From IMG/VR virus record IMGVR_UViG_3300030294_000005, positions 62,001 through 126,000 of that record: a stretch of DNA of 64,000 bases. One strand, given 5' to 3'. A program made the position numbers and the translations under genes. Shown piece after piece: positions 9,818-20,635 of this stretch; positions within the stretch are counted from its first letter, which is position 1; each line of letters begins with the position of its first letter. A model generated the notes under the pieces. It was not told the origin of the DNA. It saw only the letters and a list, made by a program, of their open reading frames with translations, and searched no databases.

Positions 9818-10846
9818 TTAGAATAATGCAGACGAAGCAGAATCTGGTATAGAGTCAGACAATTCATTTGTCTTATATTTCTTATTATCGTCAGATAAAT
9901 CTTTTGTAGCTTTAACTTCGCACTCTTTATTAGAAATTGCTATAGCATTAGATGCTTTTCTAAATAAGTCCACAATTTTAAATTGTTTCTTAGAGATTCT
10001 ATCTCTGTCTTCCTTATTTAACTCTTCGTTACTCTGAAGATTATAAGCATTCATTTGTAACAAATTAGCTTGAATATCAAAATAATCAGATACTCTTACC
10101 TTGCTATAATAAAAGAAGAATATTAGTTCTCTTATAATAGGAATTATATTTAATAATATTCCTATAATAGCTAATCCTCCAGCTACAAGGCCAATATCAA
10201 CTCCAGTAAAGTTCTTTATATTATTCTTTAACAAGAATTCCAATCCATTATCTATCTGATTTTTATCACATGCTTTATTAAATTTAGCAAGGTTATCAAA
10301 TAGTAAATTCTGCTTAGTTCTTGTTAATGATAACTTATCAACTATAACGTCGAAAGTCTCATCGGTTGGAGTTTTTATAAAGTCTATACAAGATGCAATC
10401 ATAAATGATATACTACTTACTATTGCCAATGTTATAGATGAATAGGTAACCATTATAAATTCAATATTATATCTGAATCCTTTTTCAAATAGTTCCTTCC
10501 TATCCTTTACATTTTCAAATGCTTCTTCTATATTTTTAATAGGGGTTAAGTCCTGTTTATATTCAAGAAGAAGATCATGCATTACTTGTAAACAATTAGA
10601 TAATTTATCGTAACTGTCTAGTTTAGTTATATCACCTTTTGTTTCTGGAATATTACCAAAATCAATATCATCAACCTTATCTACTATATGATCATATAGT
10701 TTAGAAGTTAAGTTAGTTAGTACTTGATTTTGATCAGCTTCATCTATTGCCAATAATACTTTTCTTGTTTCATCATGGGTAATATCAAAGTATTCATCTA
10801 TTACTTTATCAAATCCAGGAATTTTATACTGTTGCATATTTTTCAC
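9818..10846 (-). CDS. Probable virion protein with two hydrophobic helices
   Basis: FIMVTYSSITLAIVSSISFMIA and IGLVAGGLAIIGILLNIIPII; lies in a late operon. Confidence 0.55.
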   Translation of the reverse strand: MKNMQQYKIPGFDKVIDEYFDITHDETRKVLLAIDEADQNQVLTNLTSKLYDHIVDKVDDIDFGNIPETKGDITKLDSYDKLSNCLQVMHDLLLEYKQDLTPIKNIEEAFENVKDRKELFEKGFRYNIEFIMVTYSSITLAIVSSISFMIASCIDFIKTPTDETFDVIVDKLSLTRTKQNLLFDNLAKFNKACDKNQIDNGLEFLLKNNIKNFTGVDIGLVAGGLAIIGILLNIIPIIRELIFFFYYSKVRVSDYFDIQANLLQMNAYNLQSNEELNKEDRDRISKKQFKIVDLFRKASNAIAISNKECEVKATKDLSDDNKKYKTNELSDSIPDSASSALF

Positions 10847-10853
10847 CTCCTAT

Positions 10854-12251
10854 TTATCTAGCAATCTTAGTCATAAGATTTATTACCTTTTTATACCCAC
10901 CATCAGAAGTTTCTCTTTCTAGCAATGTGAATGACATTGTTTCATAGATATCGTCTCCTGTATCAAATATAAATTTAGCAACCTCCATAGTTTCATCTAC
11001 TATACAAAATCCCATTAGATTATAGGATTCCATAATTGGTCTAATGATCTTAGGATCTTCTATATTTATATTTTCATTCTTCTTTAAGTATTCCACTTCT
11101 TCTTGTGAAACAACTAAAGTAGATATGGCACTAGCATCATTTGATTTCCCCATTGATCTTCTTATTTTACTTTTTATAGAACGTCGTTCTAATATCTTCC
11201 ATAACTTAGAAGATGAACCTCTTTTAGATTGGGATAGTGCATCAATCTTAGCTCTATCAATTGCAAATATAAAATCTTTAAAGAAACTAATTTCTCTAGT
11301 AGTTGCTTTAATGAATTTTAATAATCCATTATGATCTTCATTCTTTAATGATAATCTGTTTATGATATCAGTAGAATCTAATGTATACATTTTAGCTTTA
11401 ACACCAATTACCATATTCTGATAAATTGGATCTCCTGTAGAATTATCAATGTAGTTTATAACCATCATTGTTGGAATTAATTCATTAGCTTTTTTAACAT
11501 CAGAATCTAGTATTTGAGATTGTTTCATTTCTTGAGAAGTTTTCATTATTGTTACTTTATCTTTAGCTTGAGAATAATAATCTCTATCAGATTTAGCAGG
11601 TGGGTCTGGAACATCAACAAAGTCATCAGTACTCTTAGTTCTAGTAACTACTTCACCACTAGTATTCATAAATTCTGATCTATCAGATGTAGATCCAACT
11701 TTTAATTTAGCTTCTCTCATAATAGTAGGTTCGCCAAAATATGATTGTGGATAAACTTTAAAATCAGATATTGATTGTTCTGATATACTATCAGGTAATA
11801 CAAAGTTTATATTTTTCATATCTTCTTTTACTTGTTCATAAAGCAATCTATTATCATATGAAATTACTGATTCATTTTTTATTACATAATGATCCATAGC
11901 ATCCATAAAATTATCTACTGTAATAGTATCGTCTATCTTTAAATTTGTATGAAAGTTCTTAAGATATTCAATACCATTTTTAGTATCGGTAATATTTATT
12001 GCACTAAATAGCATTTGTAACATACTTGTAGCTTTTCTTTCCATTGATTTTGTAATCATACTAGCATTTTCAATATTCATATTTTTACTACATAATACTG
12101 GGAATACTAATGTAAGATTAGAAGATGCTTTAGCTATAGAACTAAAACTTTTATCTCTATTTTTTAACCATTCGACTTCATCAGATTTTTTGATGTCTGA
12201 TAATACATCTATTATATCTCTTATAACAGTTTCATGTATTTGTTCATACAT
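10854..12251 (-). CDS. Probable virion structural protein
   Basis: 465 aa, late promoter, KNES and MREA sites, adjacent to the head-protein cluster. Confidence 0.5.
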   Translation of the reverse strand: MYEQIHETVIRDIIDVLSDIKKSDEVEWLKNRDKSFSSIAKASSNLTLVFPVLCSKNMNIENASMITKSMERKATSMLQMLFSAINITDTKNGIEYLKNFHTNLKIDDTITVDNFMDAMDHYVIKNESVISYDNRLLYEQVKEDMKNINFVLPDSISEQSISDFKVYPQSYFGEPTIMREAKLKVGSTSDRSEFMNTSGEVVTRTKSTDDFVDVPDPPAKSDRDYYSQAKDKVTIMKTSQEMKQSQILDSDVKKANELIPTMMVINYIDNSTGDPIYQNMVIGVKAKMYTLDSTDIINRLSLKNEDHNGLLKFIKATTREISFFKDFIFAIDRAKIDALSQSKRGSSSKLWKILERRSIKSKIRRSMGKSNDASAISTLVVSQEEVEYLKKNENINIEDPKIIRPIMESYNLMGFCIVDETMEVAKFIFDTGDDIYETMSFTLLERETSDGGYKKVINLMTKIAR

Positions 12252-12278
12252 TACTTATCGTCCTCCTTATACTTATTT

Positions 12279-12290
12279 TAATCTTATGTT
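12279..12290 (-). promoter_or_regulatory. Putative late promoter AACA-N6-TA
   Basis: Minus strand AACA-TAAGAT-TA. Confidence 0.65.
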
Positions 12291-12379
12291 AAAAAAATAA
12301 ATCTATATAGTCTGGATTGTAATTGGGTATTTGGGTAAAATAACAAAAAAATAAAGAACTATAAATTTAATACCTTTTA

Positions 12380-12577
12380 TTACTTAAAACTTATTATAGA
12401 TCTTTTCGCCCAATTTGGGGTAGGTATAAATTTATATACTCCTGGAGCTATATATATTTTTTTAGACTCAAACTCTTTTTCTAATTTATCATACTTCTCC
12501 TTTTCTTTTAATTTCTGAGCCTCTTCATATTGTTTTACAACTCCAAAATAATCTTGTCCTGTGTACATACCATACAT
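12380..12577 (-). CDS. Small hypothetical protein ending KRSIISFK
   Basis: GGGGG RBS; AACA-N6-TA at 12591-12602 and early motif at 12679-12688 upstream. Confidence 0.65.
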   Translation of the reverse strand: MYGMYTGQDYFGVVKQYEEAQKLKEKEKYDKLEKEFESKKIYIAPGVYKFIPTPNWAKRSIISFK

Positions 12578-12712
12578 ATCATATTCCCCCTAATTAAATG
12601 TTAAATACTATTATGTGGGAGGGAATTTTTCTATATAAAGTATATTCAATTTATAAGCTCTTTATTTCTTACACTTGTATAATATATAATTAAAATATCA
12701 TTTAGTATATTA

Positions 12713-12724
12713 AACATTAGAATA
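12713..12724 (+). promoter_or_regulatory. Putative late promoter AACA-N6-TA
   Basis: AACA-TTAGAA-TA upstream of 12760. Confidence 0.65.
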
Positions 12725-12759
12725 AGATAAGTAAAATATATAAAGGAAGTGATGACATA

Positions 12760-13707
12760 ATGAACCTTAATTTTAACGATTTTGCTAATGAAGCTAGGAA
12801 TGCTGGATTATATCCTAGACAGGAAATTAATAATTATACTAAGTTTGCAAGATTTGGTAATTTTTTAGATCCATCATCTATAGTAACATATGCAAGAGAA
12901 TATATATTTTTTACAAAACCAGATTTACATTTATTTAATAATGGAGATCCAGCTATACTAAATCCTGAAATATCAAACATTGCATTCTTTACAGAAATGC
13001 AACAAAGATATAATATAATTTTAAAACAATTACAAATAAGTGCAAAAGGGAATGTAAGTCCTTTTATTAATCTATTAACCAACTCTGCTAATAGTGGACT
13101 AGATTTACCTGCATTAGATTCATTAGAAATGGAAACAGGAGCTAATATATATGGAGAACTAATAAAATATAGATGGATGTCATTAGATACACCACATGAA
13201 TTCTCTGTAGAATTTTTAGATAGTAAGTATCTTGAGATTTATTTATTATGTAAGACTTGGGAAGAATATGCTAGAAAAAAATCTATAGGATTGGTTACCC
13301 CTCCTAATGATTCATATATAATAGATAAAGTTTTACATGATCAAGTATCTGGATATAAAATTATAGTAGGAGAAGATGGTGAAACAATAATATATTATGC
13401 TAAATTATATGGTGTATATATAAAGAATGTTCCAAGAGATGTATTTTCAAACTTTAATTATAAAGATGGATATATATCATTATCATTATCATTCAGTGCT
13501 GATTTTGTAGAAGATATGGACCCATCTATATTAGTAGATTTTAATGAATTAACAGCACCATATGCTGGTGGTCCAAATATACCTATATATGATAAAACTA
13601 ATCATATGGTAAATGGGCAACTTGTAAATATGCCATATATTCAATATATTCCAAAAGGTGATACTTCTATAAGTAGATATTCTTATTACAAATTAAAATG
13701 GCGTTAA
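12760..13707 (+). CDS. Tail tube-like/baseplate protein
   Basis: YIFFTKPDL, FSVEFLD and YYAKLYGVY.KNVP pattern resembles T4 gp19/gp54-type tube folds; upstream of the wedge gene. Confidence 0.5.
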   Translation: MNLNFNDFANEARNAGLYPRQEINNYTKFARFGNFLDPSSIVTYAREYIFFTKPDLHLFNNGDPAILNPEISNIAFFTEMQQRYNIILKQLQISAKGNVSPFINLLTNSANSGLDLPALDSLEMETGANIYGELIKYRWMSLDTPHEFSVEFLDSKYLEIYLLCKTWEEYARKKSIGLVTPPNDSYIIDKVLHDQVSGYKIIVGEDGETIIYYAKLYGVYIKNVPRDVFSNFNYKDGYISLSLSFSADFVEDMDPSILVDFNELTAPYAGGPNIPIYDKTNHMVNGQLVNMPYIQYIPKGDTSISRYSYYKLKWR

Positions 13708-13720
13708 GGAGTGAATTAAT

Positions 13721-15058
13721 ATGGGATTAAATAATCATTCAGTATTCTTATTAAATGATAGTACAGTGAAGGCAGTAGGATCTAATAGCAATGGACAATG
13801 TGGGGTTGGATCTATAACCCCTACTAATCAATTAGCTTTATATCTTATACCAAGTCTTAATAATGTAAAACAAATAGCATGTGGTACTAGTTATACTATA
13901 TTTTTATTGAGTGATGGTACAGTAAAAACTATAGGATCTAATGGTTTTGGACAATGTGGCACTGGTAATATTACTACACCACAATTAACTTTATACGCTA
14001 TACCTAGTTTAACTAATGTAAAACAAATAGCATGTGGAAGTGCATTTTCGGTATTTTTATTAAATGATGGTACAGTAAAAACAATAGGAGATAATAGCTT
14101 TGGACAATGCGGTAATAGTGCAACTACTGGTACTAATCAATTAACTTTATTTACTATACCTAGTTTAACTAATGTAAAATCAGTATCATGTGGTAGTAGT
14201 CATTTAGTATTTTTATTAAATGATGGTACAGTAAAAACAGTAGGAAGAAATTTTTTCGGGCAATGTGGTACTGGTACTACTACTACTCAAACAGTACCAT
14301 TTATTATGCCAGGATTGACTAATGTAAAACAAGTAGTAGCTGGTAATGGTCATTCTGTCTTCTTATTAAACGATGGAACAGTAAAAACTATAGGACAGAA
14401 TGATGGCGGACAATGTGGTACTGGTAATACCACTACACCACAATTATCTTTATATACTATACCAAGTTTAACTAATGTAAAATCAATATCATGTGGAGCT
14501 TATCATAATGTATTTTTATTAAATGATGGTACGATAAAAACAGTAGGTCAGAATGATAGTGGGCAATGTGGTACTGGTAATACTACTACCCCACAATTAA
14601 CTTTATATACTATACCAAGTCTTAGTAATGTAAAACAAATATCATGTGGACAAAGTAATTCAATTTTCTTATTAAATGATAACACAGTAAAAGCAATAGG
14701 ATATAATAATTATGGACAATGTGGTAATGGTAGTACTAATGCAGTGCAATTAACTTTATATACTATACCTAGTTTAATTATTAAATGTTTATGGGATAAT
14801 GTACTAATAATTATTATAAAATATTTAATAAAACAATATTCAGCATACTATTCTATTAAGTCAACTTATTATGATGGATCAAATTATAAACCATTAACTC
14901 TAACTGGTGGATCTGTACCTAATAAAGCTGATATAGAATTATATGGATTTGACAGTATTAATGATCTTAATACATCAATCACCATAGGAAGTGAAACCTT
15001 TAAACCAATAAATAAATTACTTAATATATTTAGTATAAAAGAATATATAAGTAAATAA
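13721..15058 (+). CDS. RCC1/BLIP-II repeat beta-propeller protein
   Basis: Seven repeats of about 52 aa: VKQIACG..HSVFLLNDGTVKT.G.N..GQCG.G. Confidence 0.9.
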   Translation: MGLNNHSVFLLNDSTVKAVGSNSNGQCGVGSITPTNQLALYLIPSLNNVKQIACGTSYTIFLLSDGTVKTIGSNGFGQCGTGNITTPQLTLYAIPSLTNVKQIACGSAFSVFLLNDGTVKTIGDNSFGQCGNSATTGTNQLTLFTIPSLTNVKSVSCGSSHLVFLLNDGTVKTVGRNFFGQCGTGTTTTQTVPFIMPGLTNVKQVVAGNGHSVFLLNDGTVKTIGQNDGGQCGTGNTTTPQLSLYTIPSLTNVKSISCGAYHNVFLLNDGTIKTVGQNDSGQCGTGNTTTPQLTLYTIPSLSNVKQISCGQSNSIFLLNDNTVKAIGYNNYGQCGNGSTNAVQLTLYTIPSLIIKCLWDNVLIIIIKYLIKQYSAYYSIKSTYYDGSNYKPLTLTGGSVPNKADIELYGFDSINDLNTSITIGSETFKPINKLLNIFSIKEYISK

Positions 15059-15071
15059 TAGGAGGAATAAT

Positions 15072-17630
15072 ATGAGTACTAATATAAGTACCGATATATA
15101 TAATATTTCAGGTTTTGTCGATGAAATACAAAAAAAATATATGGATGATGTTAGTGAAGATACTTTGATGATGGGAATGTATGGATATCTAAATGAAACA
15201 CATTCAACTATTATTCAAAATTCAATACTCGCATCATCTGAATTGGCAAATGAGGCAATAACAACAAGAGCAAAATTTGAAAAAAGTATATTAGCATATG
15301 CAACTATGTATAATATAAAAGATATATATGCAATACCTGCATATATGGATGTAATGATAGGATTTATTCAAGGTGAATTGGATAATAATATGACTAATAA
15401 TAAATTCACATTAGATAAAGATATGGCTATACTTATACAGGATGTACAATTTCATATAGATTATGATATAATAATATCAAAAAATACTTTGAGTTCAAAA
15501 GAAGTTGTATATAGTGCATTATATGATATGACTAGAAATAATGAACTATCTGATTTAACTAATCCATATTTACAACCACCAGTATATTTAAATATAGATG
15601 GTGACAAGTTTATATTTATTACTTGTAGAATAAGACAAGTAGAAGATAGTATAATATATAAAAAGATAATCTCTAATAATATATTAGAGAATAAGATTGT
15701 AGATTTTCAATTTGAATCTCAATTTGCAAATTTTGATGTTTTAGTTAAGGATGGAGATGTTCAAACATACCTAACTCCAATATATGAAGGCACTCCTATT
15801 AATGGTGAATCGAACTATTGTTATTTTTCATTCTTAGATTATAAAACAATACGAATAAAGTTTGATAGAAATAATTATGTGCCAAAAATCAATACTGATA
15901 TATCCGTATTACTAAAAACAACGCAAGGTAGTAATGGGATATTTAAATATAGTGATGACATAATACAAACTTTATATTCAAATAAATATAATTATAGAAA
16001 TTTATCAATGCTTATAAAACCAATATCTGATTCAGTATATGGAGCAGATGGTAAGACTATAGATGATATACAACAGATTTTACCAAAAGAAATACTTGCT
16101 AGAGATACTATAATTACAACTAAGGATTTACAAAATTACTTTAATAACTTAGATAGTAATAGATTGATATTCTATAAGAGACAAGATAATCAACAAGTAA
16201 GATTATATTATGCATATATGCTATTAAAAGATGACTTCAATAATGTAATTCCTACTAATACTATAGATATAGACTTGGGACAATTAGATTTTGATAATAG
16301 TACACCAGATAGATATATACTAAATCCAGGTATGGTATTAGCTCTTAAAGATTCTGTATATACATTAAGAAAGGATATAACAGATATTCCATTATATGAA
16401 TTAACTGATTTTGCATATTCATCACCATTTACTTTAGTGGTAAATAAGTCTCCTTTAAGTATATCATATTATTTAAATAATATAAATGAGCAATCATTAT
16501 TTAAATTTAAATATATAAATCAAAATTCACCAATACAATTTATTACTTCCTCTTTGACATGTAATAAATTATTTATAGATGATAATAATAAATATAAATA
16601 TACTATGACTGTATCACAAAATATAAATAGTGATTACAATCTAGTTACAGAAGATAATGATGGGAATATAACTATGTGTAATATAGTTCCTGTTATTGTA
16701 TTAGATAATAATAATGTAAAGTATTACGCTAAAGGAAAAGTAGTATCCGCAGATTTGCATTTAAATCAGTATAATTTAGAGTTTGAACTTGAAACAGATA
16801 ATATTATTAGTGTAGATAATAAGATAAAGATTAATAATATTATGCAGAGTGGCCAAGATTTAGATGTTTATGCATACTTCGGAGATTCATTAAAAATATC
16901 AGTTAATATGTATGCAAAATTAGATAGTGATTATGGAAGAAGTGATGATAACGGCATGGTTCCAAATATGAATGGATATACATTAACCAATATATATGAA
17001 ACTATAGATGATGCCCATCTATTCTATAATTATTCAGATATAGTAAAATCGTATGTTAAAGTTTATAAAGATTCAAATAATACTATACGATATTTAATAA
17101 AAAGTGTACCATTATTAAGATATTCATATATAACAACAAGAGATAGATGTTTAGAATTTATAAAATATCTTCAATATAAGAAAGTCTATATAGATGAAGC
17201 ATTGAATGTATTAGAAAATGCTTTTGGTGTTGATTTGAAGTTCTTTAATACGTATGGTAAATCTAAATTATTTAAGATAGGACATGGTAATGATTATTTA
17301 GATAGAGTTAATTTAACATTAAACTTCGAAGTTAAATTATCAGAAGATACAGATACTAATACAGTAGATTATATTAAGAAAGAAGTAAAAGATTATGTTG
17401 AGAATTTAAACGAGATAAGGGATATTCATATGACAAACCTTACATCTGTCCTAACTCCTAAATTTGCTCAATATATAAAATACATTGAATTCACTGGTAT
17501 AAATAATTATAATGCATTATATCAGTATCTACAAAGACTTGATTTAGATAATGTTGATGATGTACCTGAATTTGTTAATATAAATACATTAAGCGATTTA
17601 AAACCAGATATAAATATCACTTTGGTTTAA
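15072..17630 (+). CDS. Baseplate wedge subunit (T4 gp6-like)
   Basis: NEAITTRAKFEKSILAYA, TTQGSNG, GADG and ARDTIITTKDLQNYF resemble gp6/baseplate-J motifs. Confidence 0.65.
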   Translation: MSTNISTDIYNISGFVDEIQKKYMDDVSEDTLMMGMYGYLNETHSTIIQNSILASSELANEAITTRAKFEKSILAYATMYNIKDIYAIPAYMDVMIGFIQGELDNNMTNNKFTLDKDMAILIQDVQFHIDYDIIISKNTLSSKEVVYSALYDMTRNNELSDLTNPYLQPPVYLNIDGDKFIFITCRIRQVEDSIIYKKIISNNILENKIVDFQFESQFANFDVLVKDGDVQTYLTPIYEGTPINGESNYCYFSFLDYKTIRIKFDRNNYVPKINTDISVLLKTTQGSNGIFKYSDDIIQTLYSNKYNYRNLSMLIKPISDSVYGADGKTIDDIQQILPKEILARDTIITTKDLQNYFNNLDSNRLIFYKRQDNQQVRLYYAYMLLKDDFNNVIPTNTIDIDLGQLDFDNSTPDRYILNPGMVLALKDSVYTLRKDITDIPLYELTDFAYSSPFTLVVNKSPLSISYYLNNINEQSLFKFKYINQNSPIQFITSSLTCNKLFIDDNNKYKYTMTVSQNINSDYNLVTEDNDGNITMCNIVPVIVLDNNNVKYYAKGKVVSADLHLNQYNLEFELETDNIISVDNKIKINNIMQSGQDLDVYAYFGDSLKISVNMYAKLDSDYGRSDDNGMVPNMNGYTLTNIYETIDDAHLFYNYSDIVKSYVKVYKDSNNTIRYLIKSVPLLRYSYITTRDRCLEFIKYLQYKKVYIDEALNVLENAFGVDLKFFNTYGKSKLFKIGHGNDYLDRVNLTLNFEVKLSEDTDTNTVDYIKKEVKDYVENLNEIRDIHMTNLTSVLTPKFAQYIKYIEFTGINNYNALYQYLQRLDLDNVDDVPEFVNINTLSDLKPDINITLV

Positions 17631-17640
17631 CATAGTAATA
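17629..17640 (+). promoter_or_regulatory. Putative late promoter AACA-N6-TA
   Basis: AACA-TAGTAA-TA overlapping the upstream stop codon. Confidence 0.65.
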
Positions 17641-17664
17641 AATTAATTTTGAGGAGGAATAATT

Positions 17665-18588
17665 ATGTTTACATCAAGTAAAGAATATTTAAATTTATGT
17701 TTTGAGAATCAAAACAAACTAGAAAGAGAAGCCAAATTAAATGAATCAGCTATAACTGAAGCAGTGAAAATACGAAATGATGAAGTACAAAGCATATATG
17801 AGCAGCAATCATTAAATAATACAAAGCGTGGTAAGTCAGCTAAGATAAGACAAGAAGTAAAGAAAGCATTATTATTTGAATGTGTATATACTGTTTATAA
17901 AAAGTCATTAGGACTTATAAATAGTGGTAATCATGTAAATGAGTCTATGTGTAAAAGTTTTGTAAATGAATTCATTGATGAAAATGGTGTAGAAGTTTTA
18001 TTATCAAGTTTCAAATCTAAAACATTTATGCTATCTGAGTTTGCTAGGTTGGTTAATAAGTATACAAATATTGTATGTGAAAAATCAAATGTAGAAAATC
18101 CAGATAATTTCTCTATATCTCCAGAAGAGAAAGATAATTTTTATGATGAATTAAATATAGATGATATTGATGATGCTAGTCAGATGATAAAAACAAGAGT
18201 ATCAGCTGCAGTTGATGATTTCTTAAGTGATAATCTTAATTCTAAAGAAGAAATTAAAGATATAATTGCTCAATCACAAACTAAAATATCAGATACTTCG
18301 AATTCAGAATTGAAAGAGTCTTATCAAATTCAAGCAAAAAGAAAAATAACTAGTATAAGAGAAAGAAAAACAAAATCAATATTTGAATCAATGGTATTTA
18401 ATTTAGCAAAAACTTCAATCTTAAATGAAGATATGAAAAAAATATATCTAAAAAATGATAAATTAGATATGGATAAGATTGTAGAAACTGCTAATTTAAT
18501 ATATACTTTTGTAGAGACTCTAAGTACTTGTAATATGATTAATGTAGATGAAGCATATTTAGCTTCAGTACTAGATAGTTTAAAGTAA
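17665..18588 (+). CDS. Probable head-associated helical protein with multiple xxES sites
   Basis: LNES, ITEA, VNES, LKES, IFES; late promoter. Confidence 0.5.
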   Translation: MFTSSKEYLNLCFENQNKLEREAKLNESAITEAVKIRNDEVQSIYEQQSLNNTKRGKSAKIRQEVKKALLFECVYTVYKKSLGLINSGNHVNESMCKSFVNEFIDENGVEVLLSSFKSKTFMLSEFARLVNKYTNIVCEKSNVENPDNFSISPEEKDNFYDELNIDDIDDASQMIKTRVSAAVDDFLSDNLNSKEEIKDIIAQSQTKISDTSNSELKESYQIQAKRKITSIRERKTKSIFESMVFNLAKTSILNEDMKKIYLKNDKLDMDKIVETANLIYTFVETLSTCNMINVDEAYLASVLDSLK

Positions 18589-18593
18589 AATTT

Positions 18594-18621
18594 ATCCCTA
18601 TAGGATTTCTCCTATAGGGAT
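18594..18621. terminator. Bidirectional terminator
   Basis: ATCCCTATAGG-loop-CCTATAGGGAT between convergent genes. Confidence 0.75.
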
Positions 18622-18633
18622 TTTATTTGTTTT

Positions 18634-19059
18634 TTAGTTATTATTTAATATATTTATACCAGTTAGTTGTAATTTTACTTCTTTTATAACTTTTTCACCA
18701 ATAACTTTTGTTACAGCAGCATTTACATCATCATGTAAATTCCATTTACGAGTTACTAATAAGTTTGCAATCTTTTCTGTTATAACCCTCTCTACACATT
18801 TACGTAAGAATTCTGGTTGATCTAATTTATTATCTATAACACTTTTTATTAATTTTTCAAGCATATCTTCAATATCTTTTTTAGTTAACTTTAATTCATT
18901 AGCAAGGTAATTTTGTAAATCCTTATAAGAATCTACTTTAACTCTTAATGATATTACTTTAGAATCATTTTCTATTTTATTATTATTAATTTCTGCTTCA
19001 ATAGTATCAAAAGCTATATCGGAACCTTTAACAATTACAACCTCTGGTTTATTATCCAT
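18634..19059 (-). CDS. Hypothetical protein
   Basis: 141 aa ORF with AGGAG RBS. Confidence 0.65.
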   Translation of the reverse strand: MDNKPEVVIVKGSDIAFDTIEAEINNNKIENDSKVISLRVKVDSYKDLQNYLANELKLTKKDIEDMLEKLIKSVIDNKLDQPEFLRKCVERVITEKIANLLVTRKWNLHDDVNAAVTKVIGEKVIKEVKLQLTGINILNNN

Positions 19060-19089
19060 TTTATTATCTCCTTTTAATCAATTAATATT

Positions 19090-19305
19090 TCATTTTCTAT
19101 AAAAATAAAATCCTATAATACTTATAGCTACTGGCATAGATACTGTGAACCATATTAATGCAGCTGTATTACATTTAGTTATAATTAATATTGTATATGG
19201 AACTAAAACAAGTAAAAATCCTCCTAATAAAATAATTCCACCATGCATTAAATATGCCCATACATATTTTAAATAATCTTTTATAATTGTTTTACATTTT
19301 TTCAT
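19090..19305 (-). CDS. Small membrane protein (2 TM)
   Basis: Two hydrophobic stretches; GAGGAAGG RBS. Confidence 0.6.
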   Translation of the reverse strand: MKKCKTIIKDYLKYVWAYLMHGGIILLGGFLLVLVPYTILIITKCNTAALIWFTVSMPVAISIIGFYFYRK

Positions 19306-19461
19306 ATTAATACCTTCCTCTAGTTATATATTTTGTAGTATAAGAATAAGATATTTGATATATGAATTTTATTAGACTATAATGTTTAAATTAGTATACC
19401 TTTCTGCTATTATAAGTAATTTACCTATAATGTATTATCCTCTATATATTATATTAGGTAT

Positions 19462-19872
19462 TTATAGATAGATAATTACGATATTATCACTTATAGTTGT
19501 TATATTAAATAATAATGCAGTATTATTATCATTTAATAAAAATGCTAATTCATCTCCAACTAATGAATATTTTTGTTTATTATTTTCTATAATTTGATTT
19601 AATATATCCTTATTGTTTAAAAATATATTATAAAAGATTGGATTAAATACAGTATAGTAGTATGTTGCTGTATGTGAAAAAGCACTATTTTTTCTAATAT
19701 TTGTTTTCTTAATCTTAAGCTCTATACTATTATTTGTATTATTATAATTAATTGAAAATAAATCAAAGCTTTCTAATATGCTATTTATAATATTAGTTAT
19801 ATTTTCTGAATTATTATAAAAATTATCATATAGCATAACTCTTACATTTGATATATATTTAAAACTATCCAT
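19462..19872 (-). CDS. Hypothetical protein
   Basis: Directly abuts the RusA-like gene; GGAGG RBS. Confidence 0.6.
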   Translation of the reverse strand: MDSFKYISNVRVMLYDNFYNNSENITNIINSILESFDLFSINYNNTNNSIELKIKKTNIRKNSAFSHTATYYYTVFNPIFYNIFLNNKDILNQIIENNKQKYSLVGDELAFLLNDNNTALLFNITTISDNIVIIYL

Positions 19873-20574
19873 TTATTTACCTCCATTAAAATATTTTACA
19901 TCTTGGTCTATTTTTTTTGACATTGAATTATACTGATACTTATTATAAAGCATATTTAAAAATCTTAACTTTATTTCAACTCTAGGAAGAATAGAATAAT
20001 ATTTATTAACTATTCCACTAATTACAAGTGTGTCATCTAGCCATACATTATGATTAAACATATCAGAATATTTCTTTCCAATATTATCCCAGTCAGGTTT
20101 AGAAATAGGTCTTTCCAAACCTATTTCTGCTAAAAATTTATCTTCAGCACTGAATGCTGTTGGTGTTTTTTGAAATGTATTATATTCAACTATACATGGT
20201 GTATAGATTAAGTTATTAATCGATACTAAATCACTATCAATTAATCTTTTCATAAATAGATTATCCTCTTTACCAGTTATAGAATAAACATGTACAAACT
20301 GGCCGTTAGTCATTGCTTCATTAACTAGATTATATCTATTGACTAATCTAAATCTAGGTCTCGGAGACCCTTCTACATTTTCATAAAGAATTATATATAG
20401 ATCACTATAGTTTAATTCTTGAACCATACTATTTCTTTTATTAATTATATTTTCGGATTTCTTATCAGTTATATTATATTTGTCATACATATATAACAAT
20501 CTTTCATTAAAATCCTTCGGTATATCTATATAATTTGTATCATATTCAAGTTGTTTTTCTTTTCTGTTTTTCAT
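19873..20574 (-). CDS. rusA: RusA-like Holliday junction resolvase
   Basis: PRPR near the N-terminus and KPDWDNIGK.YSD......WLDD..V match the RusA catalytic motif; late promoter at 20607-20618. Confidence 0.8.
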   Translation of the reverse strand: MKNRKEKQLEYDTNYIDIPKDFNERLLYMYDKYNITDKKSENIINKRNSMVQELNYSDLYIILYENVEGSPRPRFRLVNRYNLVNEAMTNGQFVHVYSITGKEDNLFMKRLIDSDLVSINNLIYTPCIVEYNTFQKTPTAFSAEDKFLAEIGLERPISKPDWDNIGKKYSDMFNHNVWLDDTLVISGIVNKYYSILPRVEIKLRFLNMLYNKYQYNSMSKKIDQDVKYFNGGK

Positions 20575-20635
20575 ATTTTCATATCACCGCCTAATATCAT
20601 AAGTTTTAATTATATGTTCAAGCTGTGGTAATTTG

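Noticed and set aside
5152-12251. Major capsid or phage-nucleus shell (chimallin) assignment for these ORFs
   Set aside because: No HK97-fold or chimallin motifs could be recognised by eye, so such a call is unsupported without profile searches.
13721-14780. Repeats considered as a CRISPR array or DGR template/variable region
   Set aside because: They are in-frame protein repeats of about 156 bp. There are no unique spacers, no reverse transcriptase in the window, and no evident adenine-only variation.
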